Of a stretch of 64,000 bases of DNA, positions 1-12,326 are shown piece after piece. The notes below the pieces were generated by a model. That model saw only the letters and a list, made by a program, of their open reading frames with translations, made no database searches and had not been told where the DNA came from. Numbering within the stretch: the first letter of the stretch is position 1; each line of letters begins with the position of its first letter. Made by a program: the position numbers and the translations under genes. The DNA is from Octopus vulgaris (Eukaryota), in contig OX597823.1 in the NCBI GenBank assembly GCA_951406725.2, positions 104,718,001 through 104,782,000 on the forward strand. The letters run 5' to 3'.

Positions 1-190
1 GTGCCGGTGGCACGTAAAAAACACACACTACGCTCACGGAGTGGTTGGCGTTAGGAAAGGCATCCAGCTGTAGAAACACTGCCAAATCAGACTAGAGCCT
101 GGTGCAGCCTCCATGGCTTACCAGACCCCAGTTGAACCGTTCAACCTATGCTAACATGGAAAACGGACGTTAAATGATGATGATGATGAC
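1..190 (+). mobile_element. RTE LINE 3' end (or RTE-tailed SINE) with (GAT)n tail
   Basis: Matches the 3' UTR of the full LINE at 26641-26870 (ggttggcgttaggaagggcatccagc...ggacgttaaa(tga)n). Other copies: 9603-9985(-), 10340-10793(+), 12812-13030(-), 34193-34468(-), 34785-34980(-), 37303-37703(+), 39003-39270(+), 39660-39915(+), 45500-45830(-), 51930-52038(+), 58272-58490(-), 59870-60282(+). Confidence 0.85.
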
Positions 191-634
191 ATTGTGGAAG
201 CAGCATGTTAGCAATTTAAAACAAACACATACACCCAAGTCACTTTTGTTTTTACATTATGATAGTAATACACACCATAAAGTGTTTAAAAAAATGATGT
301 CTCTTATATAATTCCACAGCTTTTGGCAGTTTATAATATTACCATGAACTAAAACAAAAGTGAATATCACACTATACATGTGCTTTTGAATGGCTGTCAT
401 CAATCTTCCATTATAGATAGATATTATTTTTATTAAATATAGGAATCATAAAATCTATATTTTACCATTATGCAATATAAAGATATGTAATTTGTTATAC
501 ACAATGTTTGTTGCACAATATATTAGAGGATACTGTTTTACAAGCTTCCTTCAGTTGCCATGCTGGAGCTCCACCTTGAATAATTTGGTCAGTCAAATCA
601 ATACCAATGATTATTTTGTATCAAGTATTTATTC

Positions 635-868
635 TTATTTCTTTATTGTCCACAAGGGGCTAAACACAGAGAGGACAAACAAGGACAGACAAAGGGATTA
701 AGTTGATTACATCGACCCCAGTGCATAACTGGTACTTAATTTATCGACTCTGAAAGGATGAAAGGCAAAGTCGACCGTAGCGGAATTTGAACTCAGAACG
801 TAACGGCAGACGAAATACCGCTAAGCATTTCGCCCGGCATGCTAACGTTTCTGCCAGCTCACCACCTT
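635..868 (-). mobile_element. tRNA-derived SINE, family A
   Basis: Reverse complement of 1246-1460. A/B-box-like head (gagctggcagaa..gagttcaaattcc); body gtcgactttgcctttcatcctttc resembles the MetaSINE central domain (from memory). Confidence 0.85.
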
Positions 869-1245
869 CATCTGCTACTATTCTTTTACTCCGATGTAAG
901 TACAATAACTGGACATGCTTCCGTAAAAAATTACAAATTAGTGAGTATAATTTTCTAGGGGTTGTTGATATCAACTGATTCCCTTCCTTACCCCATATTT
1001 TGTACACTTTTGCTTATGATTTTTATTGTTATATTTAGTGTTAGTCCATAGTGAGATAGAATATGTAAGATTCCTAAGAGTTGGTACTTTAGAACAGAGA
1101 AATCCACTCTTTTGTGACAAATCTAGACACTATTTTTCTCAAAGTTATTCCAGACTCATAGAACACATTTTTCTACATATGTATACTTACTTCTTCAACT
1201 TATTTCATTCCTTTAAGTAACTTGATTCATATAAGTCATTCCTCC

Positions 1246-1460
1246 GAAGGCGGTGAGCTGGCAGAAACGTTAGCACGCCGGGCAAAATGCTTAGCCTTTA
1301 CGTTCTGAGTTCAAACTCCACCGAGGTCGACTTTGCCTTTCATCCTTTCAGGGTCGATAAATTAAGTACCAGTTACGCACTGGGGTCGATGTAATCGACT
1401 TAATCCCTTTGTCTGTCCCTGTTTGTCCCCTCTATGTTTAGCCCCTTGTGGGCAGTAAAA
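1246..1460 (+). mobile_element. tRNA-derived SINE, family A, with 10-bp TSD
   Basis: TSD tcattcctcc at 1236-1245 and 1461-1470. Other copies: 17425-17635(+), 18025-18155(-), 44232-44455(-), 47919-48152(+; 15-bp TSD ggtattcatttattg), 56733-57345(+, nested). Confidence 0.9.
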
Positions 1461-1690
1461 TCATTCCTCCACCAAAGTCACCAATCACATGGGTTATTCC
1501 TCTACTGAAGAAATCAATCACAATTTAATTATTTCACCACAAAAGTAACCAATCACAATTCAGTCTTTACTCCACCAATGCAACCAATCAGAATTTAATC
1601 CTTCCTCATTTAAAACAACCAATCACTTCAGCCTTACTCAATCAAGTAATCAATTACAATTCAGTCATTCTCCAACCAATCACAACTGCC
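1461..1690 (+). repeat. Degenerate ~35-bp tandem array, each unit carrying a CCAAT-like motif
   Basis: (c/t)caat(c/t)a at 1481, 1514, 1549, 1584, 1619, 1650, 1676. Confidence 0.7.
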
Positions 1691-2766
1691 ACGGCTCTCA
1701 TGTTAAACCACCCCAACCCTTATTTCAAATATTTCAAAAGCTGCACTGTTAAAGCTTATTCAGTTCTTCTTGTGTTTTTCTTGTCACTCAAGTCACTCCT
1801 CACTGAACAGAGCTGTGATCAAAATCTTTCCATCCATGGCCACTCATTCCTCTCTAGATACATTGTGTAATATATGCTACCCTCTTGAAAATGACAGAGT
1901 GAAATTTAAATGAGATTTGGCTGCTAATCCTTTTAACAAGTTAACCATACAATAAAGGCTCCTTTGAAATGTTTCTCCCTAGAACAGTACATATCAATTA
2001 TCCCTAACTGCTTTTGATGACAATTCTGTGAAACTAAATCTAGTCTTCAGACAATGGTGTTTTAAACCGTGTGGCTCCAAACCAAGTTTCATTTCCTTAT
2101 TCTCTTGTCTGCTTCTTCTATCTCTTCATGATTATTTGCTCTTCCAACCCATCTACTATTAAAGCCATCATATATAATCATTCTCAACAAAAACTATTTT
2201 TTCCTCACAACAAATAATGGACTTCTTTCCTGTATTCTTTGAACAGACTTCACATGACTGATGTCATTTCCATTCCCACCTTAATTTCTTTGCTTTTTGT
2301 TCTTGTATGCTCATGATGGAATAAATTATTGAGGAACCTAAGTTACAGCTTATCCATCTCTGTCATCTTTGACCTAAGGTGCAGATACTTGAATCTGCAT
2401 ACTTTCTGTTGTTATATTATTTTAACTTTAGTTTTTCTCAGATATTTTGTACTTTTTTAACATTTTCTTTTATTCTACCAGATATCTTTCAATGTACCAT
2501 CATTATATATCATTTTCCCATTCAATTTCATTTCCTCATTACCAAATTTCACCACTTCTTTATTCCCTCATCATCATTATTGTTGTCATTGTTCTTGTTG
2601 TTGTTATAATTCTCAATAAGTGTGATCCATGGTAGAAATAGTACAGTCCCAGATAAAAAAAAAAGTACATCTGTTTAAATTTTGAGTTCAAATCACACTA
2701 AGTCAATTTAGTCTTTTATTCTTCTGAGGTTGATAAAATAAATAACTGGGTTTCATTCAATTGACT

Positions 2767-2826
<60 letters not shown>

Positions 2827-2983
2827 ATATTTATCTTTGTGACATTGATTAAAATACCTGTAGTCATCATCATCATTATCATTATTGTCATTGCCATCAT
2901 CGTTATCATCATTGGCATCATCTTTGTTGTTGTTCTGACAGTTATTACTAGATATCAAGTTGCATCCTGCAACTTTAGGCATC

Positions 2984-3560
2984 TAGCATCTTTCTTACGG
3001 TCATTGCTGTGCCAAGCCAATAGGCATTCTGTAGAATCAGGAAATTCATCTCAATGTCCAACTTCATCAACAAAATATTCAAACTTCTTATAACCATTCC
3101 TAAGACTCCTACTACAAAAGGGATAATGGTTACTTTATGACAATTCTGGATTCTTTGAAGTTTGTATTTTAGATTCAGGTAGTTTCCTATTTTCTCACAT
3201 TTTTTGAATACCAGTGAGCAAGCAACATCAATTAAGCAACACATTCATTTCTCTTTATCGAATATGACAATATCTGGGCAAGAATACTTTATTTGCCTGT
3301 CCGTTTGAAGTTTCATATCCCATAGTTCCTTTACATGGTCATTTTCAAAGATGTGCTCTGTTTTATGGTCATACTGTTTTTCCATACTTTGATATCCATA
3401 ATATTTTTACGGATTTGCTAATGTGACATTGTAGCAATTTTGTCATGTTTTGAAATTTCTTATAAACTCTCTGAGCAAGCATTTTGCATTCAGAGACTGT
3501 ATGTGTCACCATTTCTTCTTCTTCATCCCATATTCTATATTCAACAAAGATGTCTTCCAT
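2984..3560 (-). mobile_element. Decayed R4/Dong-like non-LTR retrotransposon 3' part (CCHC finger + restriction-like endonuclease)
   Basis: Fragments EEEEMVTHTVSECKMLAQ (zinc knuckle) and CCLIDVAC..EKIGNYLNL..IIPFVVGVLG (RLE domain). Confidence 0.75.
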
Positions 3561-4205
3561 AAATATGATTCAGTAAAGAAATCATTTGTGTCCATGAGTT
3601 GAGCGGTGATGAGCAAGCAAACCAGCGGAGATTGTGGCTCGTTGATTTTTGTTGTTGTCACTTAAAGCATGCAGAACCCATGCTCCATACTTCTGAACCT
3701 TTCCCATCGAGTAAAGATGCTTCTCTATAGCAGTGTGGGAGCATTCCATTTTCTCTGCCAGTTCCATTGTTGTTTGATGAGAATTTTTGTGCAAAAGTTG
3801 GTTTAATTGCTCTTCATCAAACTCAACTGGACGGCCAGAATGAGGTGCATCTTTGAGGTCAAAATTTCCATTTTTGAACTTGGTATACCAATCATTAACA
3901 GTTTCATCTATGGCACCCTCTCCATACACAGCACAAATGTCGCAAGAAGCTTTTGTGGCCTTAAAACCTTGATTAAAAGCAAAAAGGAGGTGTTTAAAAT
4001 GCTCATTTTTCTTAACTTGACATTCCATTTTAATGATCTGAAAATAAAAAAAATTAACTAAAATTAACTAGAAAAAAAACCAAAACAAAATAGATTCGAA
4101 AATGATTCAAAAATAGAATTCACAAAAAAAACAGATTCCAAAATTTAAACATTCGATAGATTCCAAAATTTTAAAAAATGGCAGGAACTTAGTTGCCAAC
4201 CCAAT
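3561..4205 (-). mobile_element. Truncated mariner transposon (TIR + transposase N-terminal HTH, ORF 3582-4028)
   Basis: ORF has mariner motifs WYTKFKNG..LKDAPHSGRP and WVLHAL (WVPHEL-like); TIR-like attgggttggcaactaagt at the right end beside a TA run. Confidence 0.9.
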
Positions 4206-4354
4206 TAAATATATATATATATATTCATATATATATATACACACACACATATATACATACACACACACACACACATATACATATACATTTATATATAGGT
4301 AGATACATATGTGCGTGTATTGTGTGCATATATCAATGACTAATGCATCTAGAC

Positions 4355-5790
4355 ACATTTTCAGTGACGTGACTGGTATCATCGGGTGTTTCGGGTCTTT
4401 CAACATCATACATCTTCCTCCAGGTGACCAGCTGGGGATGATCAGGCCCCAGCCTGTGTCCAGATGGTCAACTAGCTACCTCATGGCTCTCCTCTTTTGA
4501 TCCACACCCATGATGCTGATTACTACCTTGTGCCAGCGTGATGTTAATGTTCCCAAAGAGACCCTCTTCCCAGGATCATGTGGCCCCTCCTTGTCTATGC
4601 AGTCCCCTTCTCAACAGTAGAAACCTTAGAGAGGAGGGTCAGCAACCACCTCCGGAGATGGCTTGGTGTACCACACTACTGGTGGTACGGCAGATGGCCT
4701 TCCTCCTTCTCACTCCTCTGATGCCCAAACTACTGAAGGCTCTGGTCAGAGAATGGGCTACTAAACACCTGCATCCAACCTCCACTGGGAGATACCTCAC
4801 TCTCCAGCCAGCCTGCTGGCAGTCACTGACCAGACCTGCGTACTTGGAGAGTTTTCTCTCAAAAGTTTCTTCTAGGCGATCTTCCCATGGGACAGTCAGC
4901 TCCAGCAGCATCCCTTGCTTGGTGGACTAGACATGAGGACAATGTCTGGTCACAGGGTGGTGACCACGATGTGGTCGGGGAACTTCAGCTGAGGCTCAAG
5001 ATCCACTGGTAGCTGCCAGTCTCTTGCAGATGTTAGGATGCCTGCCGATGATTTTCTGGCAGGGGCTGGCTGTTCCCCAGCTCTGACAAAGGTGATGGTT
5101 TTCTTGGAGGGTTGGAACTGCTTTGTCCACACAAGTCCTGTGCTGATGGCTTCAGCGATGGTCTTAAGGAATTGGTCATGCCTCCAGTGGTACTGTCCTT
5201 CTCCAAGTGTCCCTGTGCAGCAGCTGAGGATGTGTTCCAGGGTTCCTCACTTGGAACACAGTGCACATATTGGTGTCTCTGCTATGTCCTATGTGTGCAG
5301 GTTTGATGGGCTTGGAAGTACATAGTACACTGCCTAGATGAGGAATTTAATGTGGTGGGGCTCAGCTTTCTACAGCTCAGCCCAGGTCACTTTCTCTCAA
5401 CTGCATTCTCCCATCTTGTCCAAGCTCCCTGTTGCTTCATTCCCACTGCCTTGCACGTTCTTATTCCTTCCACTGCAGCTCTCGCCTCCTCCTGAACAAA
5501 GCTCCTTGGTAAACAAAGCCATCTCCGGAGGTGGTTGCTGACCCTCCTCTCTAAGGTCTCTACTGTTGAGAAGGGGACTGCATAGACAAGGAGGGGCCAC
5601 AGGATCCTGGGAAGAGGGTCTCTTTGGGGACATTAACATCACACTGGCACAAGGTAGTAATCAGCATCAACACAGGGTGCACTATCTCTGTGACACTATT
5701 CTCCCTAGACATGAACATGCTTACCAAGTCTGCTGAGCCAGAGTGCAGAGGGCCCCTATTGAAATCCGGACAAAGGCAACCACACCCGTT
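4355..5790 (-). mobile_element. HERO-like RLE non-LTR retrotransposon, 5'-truncated and rearranged
   Basis: LLELTVPWE..ERKLSKY..GW..PVEVGCR (RLE), TLEHILSSC..WRHDQ (zinc knuckle) and LERRVSNHLRRWL on minus; RT segment [17 protein letters not shown] on plus at ~5615-5790. Confidence 0.8.
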
Positions 5791-6311
5791 AGTGTGTTCA
5801 TATATATATACATATATATACACATACACATACATACATGCATATATATTTGATGTATATATGTATGTATATATATATGTATATATATATATATTCACAT
5901 ACACTCACGCTCATACATACACATACCCACTTATGTACATCTATGCATGTGCATACATATATATATATATACATTATGTGGATGATAATATTTTAAAAAC
6001 AAAAGTGTTTCATATTTAATTTCATATATAGAATTGTGTGTGTGTGTGTATGTGTGTGTGCACATGCACACGAGAGAGAAAGAGAGAGAGAGAGAAAAAG
6101 AGAGAGAGAGAAATAGAGAGAGAGAGAGAGAGAGAGAGAAACTGATAAATTCAATCCAACTTACAATAAAAATTCGGAGTTAATCAGCGTCTTTGGAGCA
6201 ATGTATTAAAATGCTGTCACCTGCTTTAGCATCTCTCACTGCCACCCACTCCCACTCTCTCTGTTGCTTTACTCTTCTTTCCCTACAGTGTGATAGGACA
6301 CTTTGCATTAT

Positions 6312-6669
6312 TTTACTCTTTTACTTGTTTCAGTCATTTGACTGTGGTCATGCTGGAGCACTACCTTTTAGTCAAATAAATGGACTTCAGGACTTATTCT
6401 TTGTTTCTTTGAAAGCCTAGTATTTATTCTATTGGCCTCTTTTCCTGAACTGCTAAGTTACGGGGATGTAAACGCACCAACATCAGTTGTCAAGCAATGG
6501 TAGGGGAACAAACACATACAATGGGCTTCTTTTCCGTTTCCATCTACCAAATCCATTCACAAGGCTTTGGTCAGAAAATACTTGCCCAAGGTGCTATGCA
6601 GTGGGACTGAACCTGGAACTATGTGATTGGGAGGCAAGCTTCTTACCACATAGCCATTCCTGCTCCTAT
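6312..6669 (-). mobile_element. tRNA-derived SINE, family B
   Basis: Reverse complement of the 61629-62020 family. Confidence 0.85.
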
Positions 6670-6769
6670 ATAAGATAAATTTTCTATGTGTGCTTAAGTT
6701 ATGAAACAATTGTTGTGATATAAGAATTTTCAATGTTTAAATAAGTTTTATCATACTATATTTCATTCA

Positions 6770-7959
6770 TTATTTATTTGTACATCGGACAAACGGGACG
6801 CCGCTTGGCTGACCGGTTCACGGAACACCTTCGTGACATCCACCTTGCGAACGACACACCGGTCTCACGCCATTTCCGCTCCACCGGTCACTCCTTGCAA
6901 CACCTATCTGTGTTCGGTTTGTCCTTACACAGAGGCCATCCGGATTCCCGTTTGCGCCGTGAACAGGAATTAATCTTCTCTCTTCGCTCTTATACGCCAT
7001 TTGGTCTCAACTCCCCCCTCCTCATCTAACCCCCTCTCACCCCTCCTCACCTATCCTTTCCCCCCGACCCCTACTTCTTCAGTCCTTCATCCTTTCACCC
7101 CTACTCCCCTTCCCTTCTTCCCTCTTTCTCCCTCCCTCCTTCCCTCTTCCCCTTCCCTCTGCTCCCTCACTCCCCCTCTCCCTCTTTCCTCCTTCCTCCC
7201 CCTCCTCCCCTTCCTTCTCCTCCTCCTCTTCTCCCCCATCCTCTCCTCTTCCCCCCTCTTCTCCCCTCTTCTCCCCCTCTCCTCCTCCCCCCTTCACCCC
7301 CTCTTCTCCTCACTACACCACACGACTTCACACATCACATCATATATGATGTGCCATACTAATACGTACTAATACATACTAATACATACTAATACATACA
7401 CCAACCCTATACATACACACGTCCAGACCCATCATACGCACTTATACTCTCTCATACACACACACACACACACTTATACATACTAATACGTACTAATACA
7501 TACTAATACATACTAATACATACACCAACCCCATACATACGCACGTCCACACCAATCCTACACACTAATACTCTCTCATACACACACACACACACACCCT
7601 TATACATACACCAACCCTATACATACACACGTCCAGACCCCTCCTACGCACTATTAGCTGGTCCTTCAACCATATTATCAACCCTATTATCTCCCCTTAT
7701 TTCGCTCTCGCGTCTCATGTTTGATCTTTGACCTCTGGCCGAAATCAGATCGCCATGTTGATTCGTTAGCTACTGCACGCATTTTTTTCTCTCCTTCTTT
7801 CTGTGTTTTTTTTCTCTCTGTGTATCTTTCTGTTGAAGAGCGTAGGCTCGAAACGTTAAAGACTTGTTTTATTTATATTTCCTGAGCGCCATACTAATAC
7901 AATTGTTCGTTTGTTTTCCACCTGCCTTCGTCTTTTGTCTATTTTCATAAAGCTTCCCG

Positions 7960-7961
<2 letters not shown>
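6770..7961 (+). mobile_element. Penelope-like element 3' end: GIY-YIG endonuclease C-terminus (6778-7029) + pseudo-LTR with hammerhead, ending in (TA)n
   Basis: YIGQTGRRLADRFTEHLRDI..PVSRHF..RLRREQELIF..PFGLN is the typical PLE GIY-YIG; HHR at 7825; second pLTR copy at 49805-49966. Confidence 0.88.
7825..7862 (+). ncRNA. Minimal type I hammerhead ribozyme fold (core variant CUGUUGA)
   Basis: UCUUU-CUGUUGA-A-GAGC-guag-GCUC-GAAA-CG-UU-AAAGA; palindromic stem III (ACGU). Confidence 0.75.
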
Positions 7962-8010
<49 letters not shown>

Positions 8011-8284
8011 TATAGGAGGAAAGTAAGAAAAATAAATGAAAATGCACATTGTAAATCAAAAAAAGTAAAGGCTCTTTATGAAAAGTAACAAAAGATATAT
8101 ACAATTAGATGAACTGAGGAAGGAATAAAAGTATTAAAAGTCATTATTGTGAAATTATTAAAGAGATTCAAGCATACTGGTTTCGTAAGTTACTAATCAT
8201 TGCTTTGAATGCACACCATGTGTAGTTTCTATTTTCTTTTTGTAACATATTTCTATTATATATATATATATATATATCTATATA

Positions 8285-9581
8285 CGAGGGTGAGTCAAAA
8301 ATTATATGCCCTCTTGCTTTTCAATGTATTTACACGAAAGCGGGTGATAAACAAGTATGTCCTTTTTTCTATACAATCTCCTTCTTTTTCGACGCACTTG
8401 CACAAGAGATCCACAAGCTTGCGTATTCCCTCCTAGAAGAAGGTTTTCAGTTGGACGTGCAACCATTTATACACCGCTTCCTTCACATCTTCATTCATAG
8501 GAAATCAACATCCTCATAAACCATCTTTGAGCAGTCCAAAGATATAATAGTCAGAAGGAGTGAGATCTGGGCTGTAGGCAGGGTGTTCCAGCACCTCAAA
8601 ACCCAATTGATTAATGGTTTCAATGCTCTGGGTGGCTGTGTGTGGCTGTGCATTGTCATGCAGCAACAAAACTTTCTTCAACAACAAGCTTTGGCGTTTG
8701 GTGGAAAGTGCTGGCTTTAGTTTGTCAGCTAGCAAGGCACTGTACTTTGCACTGTTGATCGTACACTTCTTTTCCAAGTAGCCTTCCAGTATAGGCCCTT
8801 TGAGTCCCAAAAATGGTTAGTGTCACCTTTCCCATGGAAGACTGAGTCTTGAATTTCTTTGTCACTGGTGAGCCAGAATGTTTCCACTCCATACTCTGTC
8901 TTTTGGATTCTGCTTCATAATGATGGACCCGCTTTTCATCTCCTACGACTATTCTGCTTAAAAATTCCTTGCCCTCATTGTTGTAGCGATCAAGTAAGCG
9001 TTGGCAGACTTCAAGACGTTTGTGCTTGTGCTCTGCAGTAAGCTCTCTTGGCACCCATCTTGCACAGACTTTATAGAAGCTGAGCTCATCATGGATGATT
9101 TGATAGGCAGAGCTGTGACTAATCTGCAGAAAAAAGCTACTTCATCAATGATAACTCGCCGGTTCACCATTACACTCTCTTGAGCTTGCTGAATCATCTC
9201 ATCAGTGGTGGAGGTTGACAGACACCCTGCTCACTCTTCATGCATCCGTTGACTTTTAAACTTCTTGATCCACTCATACACACTTATACACAGTAGTGCA
9301 CTGTCCCCATATTGTACTAAAAGCCTCCGATGAATTTCAGCACCTGACACACCTTCCGACCAGAGAAATTGGATCACTGTTCTTTGTTCTTTGGTGCACA
9401 TTGCAAGTGGAGCAGCCATTCTAACACTGTAAAGCCAGTACGAAAAATAGCGCGATCAGGATCAAGCACCAATCACATGACCACAATAGTACCAACTTTA
9501 AGCATGCATATGCAGAAGGCAGCATGACAATAATAAAGATATGTTATGGTAAAAGTGTGGGTAAATTTTGACTTCCCCTCA
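8285..9581 (-). mobile_element. Full-length but decayed mariner transposon (~1.3 kb)
   Basis: Imperfect TIRs (cgagggtgagtcaaaaatt / aattttgacttcccctca) with TA flanks; frameshifted transposase with GDEKRVHHY, HDNAQPH, YSPDLTPSDY motifs. Confidence 0.92.
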
Positions 9582-11290
9582 TATACACATGTGTGTGTGT
9601 ATATCATCATCATCATCATCATCGTTTAACATCCGCTTTCCATGCGAGCATGAGTTGGACAATTTTGACTGAGGTCTGGCGAACCAGATGGCTGCACCAG
9701 GCTCCAATCTTGATCTGGCACAGTTTCTACAGCTGGATGCCCTTCCTAACACCAACCACTCCAAGAGTGGCACGGGGGCCAGTCAGACAGTACTGGCAAC
9801 GACCTCGCTCAAATCTTTTTACACATGCCACCGGCACAGGTGCCAGTAAGACGACGCTGGTAAAAATCAAGCTTGAATGGTGCCCTTTTACGTGCCACTG
9901 GCAAGGAAGCCAGTTGGCTGCTCTGGCAAAGATCATGCTCGGATGGTGCACTTGGCACCCTTCTAGCATGGACACATGTGCCAGTAAGGCATATATTTAT
10001 GTATGCATACATTCATATTTCCTCTCAACCTTCTGCTCATCCTCTCTTGCTCCCTTTCTCTTTCCTTTATTCTCCAAAATTGTCTTTTCTCTCACTTTCT
10101 ATTTACATCATCAAATCTCATTACCACTTTTTGACTTTTCTCCAATAAAGATGTAATACACAAATTTTCCCCTCTTGTTCTATTTACATTAGTAGAACTT
10201 TGGAAATACACAAACATCTTTGGAAGGACAAAGTTTTTTTTTCACCAGTATTATCTATATTGATTCATGAAATGAAATATTTGGGTGAGTACTTCAACCC
10301 CCAAAAAAGACCTACACGTATATATTATCTACTGGCTGCATCCAAAGTACCTCGGATCGCAGGACGGCCTGCTGTGCTTACCTTGGATCATAGGGCAACC
10401 TGCTGTACTTGAGGAGACCTATTGAGTCAAGTACATCAACATCAAAAAATGAAATGGAAATTGCAGTTGTGATACCTGTGCCGGTGGCATGTAAAAAGCA
10501 CCATTCGAACGTGGCTGATGCCAGCCCCGCCTTGACTGGTTTCCGTGCCGGTGGCACGTAAAAAGCACCAACTGATTGTGGCCGTTGCTAGCCTCCCCTG
10601 GCGCCTGTGCTGGTGACACGTAAAAAGCACCCACTACACTCTCGGAGTGGTTGGCATTAGGAAGGGCATCCAGCTGTAGAAACACTGCCAGATCAGACTG
10701 GAGCTTAGTGCAGTCTCCATGGCTTACCAGACCCAGGTCAAACCGTCCAACCCATGCTAGCATGGAAAACAGACGTTAAATGATGATGATGATATAGAAT
10801 ATCTGGTATGTCTGAAAAAGTTGTTTTTTTGTGTATCTTAATGAACCAAAAAAACTTGAGAAAAATAAAGGAATGAAAGCTTAGGGCAGAAGATAAAATA
10901 AACTTTTTAAAATAAAATTATATGTATTTATGTCATGTTACTTAAAATTGATTACTTGTTCTGTAATACAATTACAACCTGTAACACCTGCTTAAAATAC
11001 AACAAATAAAAAAATTACACTTGTTGTAGAAAGTTGCTGAATAAAGTTAAATTTGTACCCATAAACAAGAAAAAAATACATTAACAAGTCCTCAGTTATA
11101 TATACTTTTACTCATATACATTAGTATTCAATGTATATCATATTTTAGCTGTTATGGTGCTTGTGCATACATATGTATAACGTATATACATATATGTGTG
11201 TTTGAATGTGTATGTGTGTGTATATATATATATGCATGCATGTGTATGTTTGTAGGTATGTATGAGTGTGTGTATATATATTTGTATATG

Positions 11291-11510
11291 CAGTAATCCC
11301 TCGCTATATCGTGGTTCACCTATCACAGTTTATTATTTAAGCTTATGTCAATTCCTCCATGGTGGTGTTTTGCATTTATGATACAATAAATATATACAAA
11401 TTATAAAAATAATTAAAAAAATACATTACAGTACTGATTCTGCTTCACAGATTTTCACCTATCATGGGGCATTTTGGAATGTAACACCCATGATAGTCGA
11501 GGGATTACTG
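11291..11510. mobile_element. Tc1/mariner-superfamily (pogo/Tigger-like) MITE
   Basis: Perfect 13-bp TIR cagtaatccctcg / cgagggattactg; TG and TA flanks. Confidence 0.8.
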
Positions 11511-11520
11511 TATATATGTA

Positions 11521-11564
<44 letters not shown>

Positions 11565-11579
11565 TACATACATACAGCA

Positions 11580-11731
11580 AGGCTGTGTGGTAAGAAGCTT
11601 GCTTCCCAACCACATGGTTCTGGATTCAGTCCCATTGCATCGCACCTTGGGCAAGTGGCTTCTACTATAGTTTTGGGCTGACCAAAGTCTTGTGAGTGGA
11701 TTTGGTAGACGGAAACTGAAAGAAAACCATC

Positions 11732-11766
<35 letters not shown>

Positions 11767-11998
11767 TGTGTGTGTATATGTGTGTATTTGTGTATGTGTG
11801 TTTGTTCCCCTACTATTGCTTGACAACCAATGTTGGTGTGTTTACGTCCCCATAAACTAGGGGTTTGGCAAAAAGAGACCGAAAGAATAATTACTAGGCT
11901 TACAAAGAATAAGACCTGGGGTTGAATTGTTTGATGAAAGGTGGTGCTCCAGCATGGCCTCAGTTAAAATGACTGAAACAAATAAAAGAATAAAAGAA
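11580..11998 (+). mobile_element. tRNA-derived SINE, family B (internal (TG)n)
   Basis: tRNA-like head ggctgtgtggtaagaag..ttcagtccc, accttgggcaag motif, internal microsatellite, aaaagaat tail. Other copies: 13548-13915(+), 23846-24037(+), 33158-33300(-), 44520-44750(-), 44815-44995(+), 45197-45495(+), 46270-46430(-), 48250-48400(-), 52040-52165(-). Confidence 0.88.
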
Positions 11999-12140
11999 GT
12001 ATACATATATATATATATATATATTTAAAATTAAGGATAAAATCTTTATAAGAAATTATCAGTAGTTAACGTGAAAAACCTTGTAAGAGAAAAAATCTGT
12101 AAATTTTTCCATTTTGAAAATATTTATTTATATTATATAG

Positions 12141-12281
12141 AGGGTACTATTATTCATAGGTACCGCACGCTAGGAGGGACTCTTGCAGTCAAAACTACTA
12201 AAATAAATTCGGTACAATTTGTTTATTTTAGTAGTTTTGACTGCAAAGTCCCTCCTAGCATGCAGTACCTATGAATAATAG

Positions 12282-12287
<6 letters not shown>
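12141..12287. repeat. Long inverted repeat (~67-bp arms, ~14-nt spacer)
   Basis: agggtactattattcataggtac...gtacctatgaataatagtaccct read directly. Confidence 0.9.
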
Positions 12288-12326
<39 letters not shown>

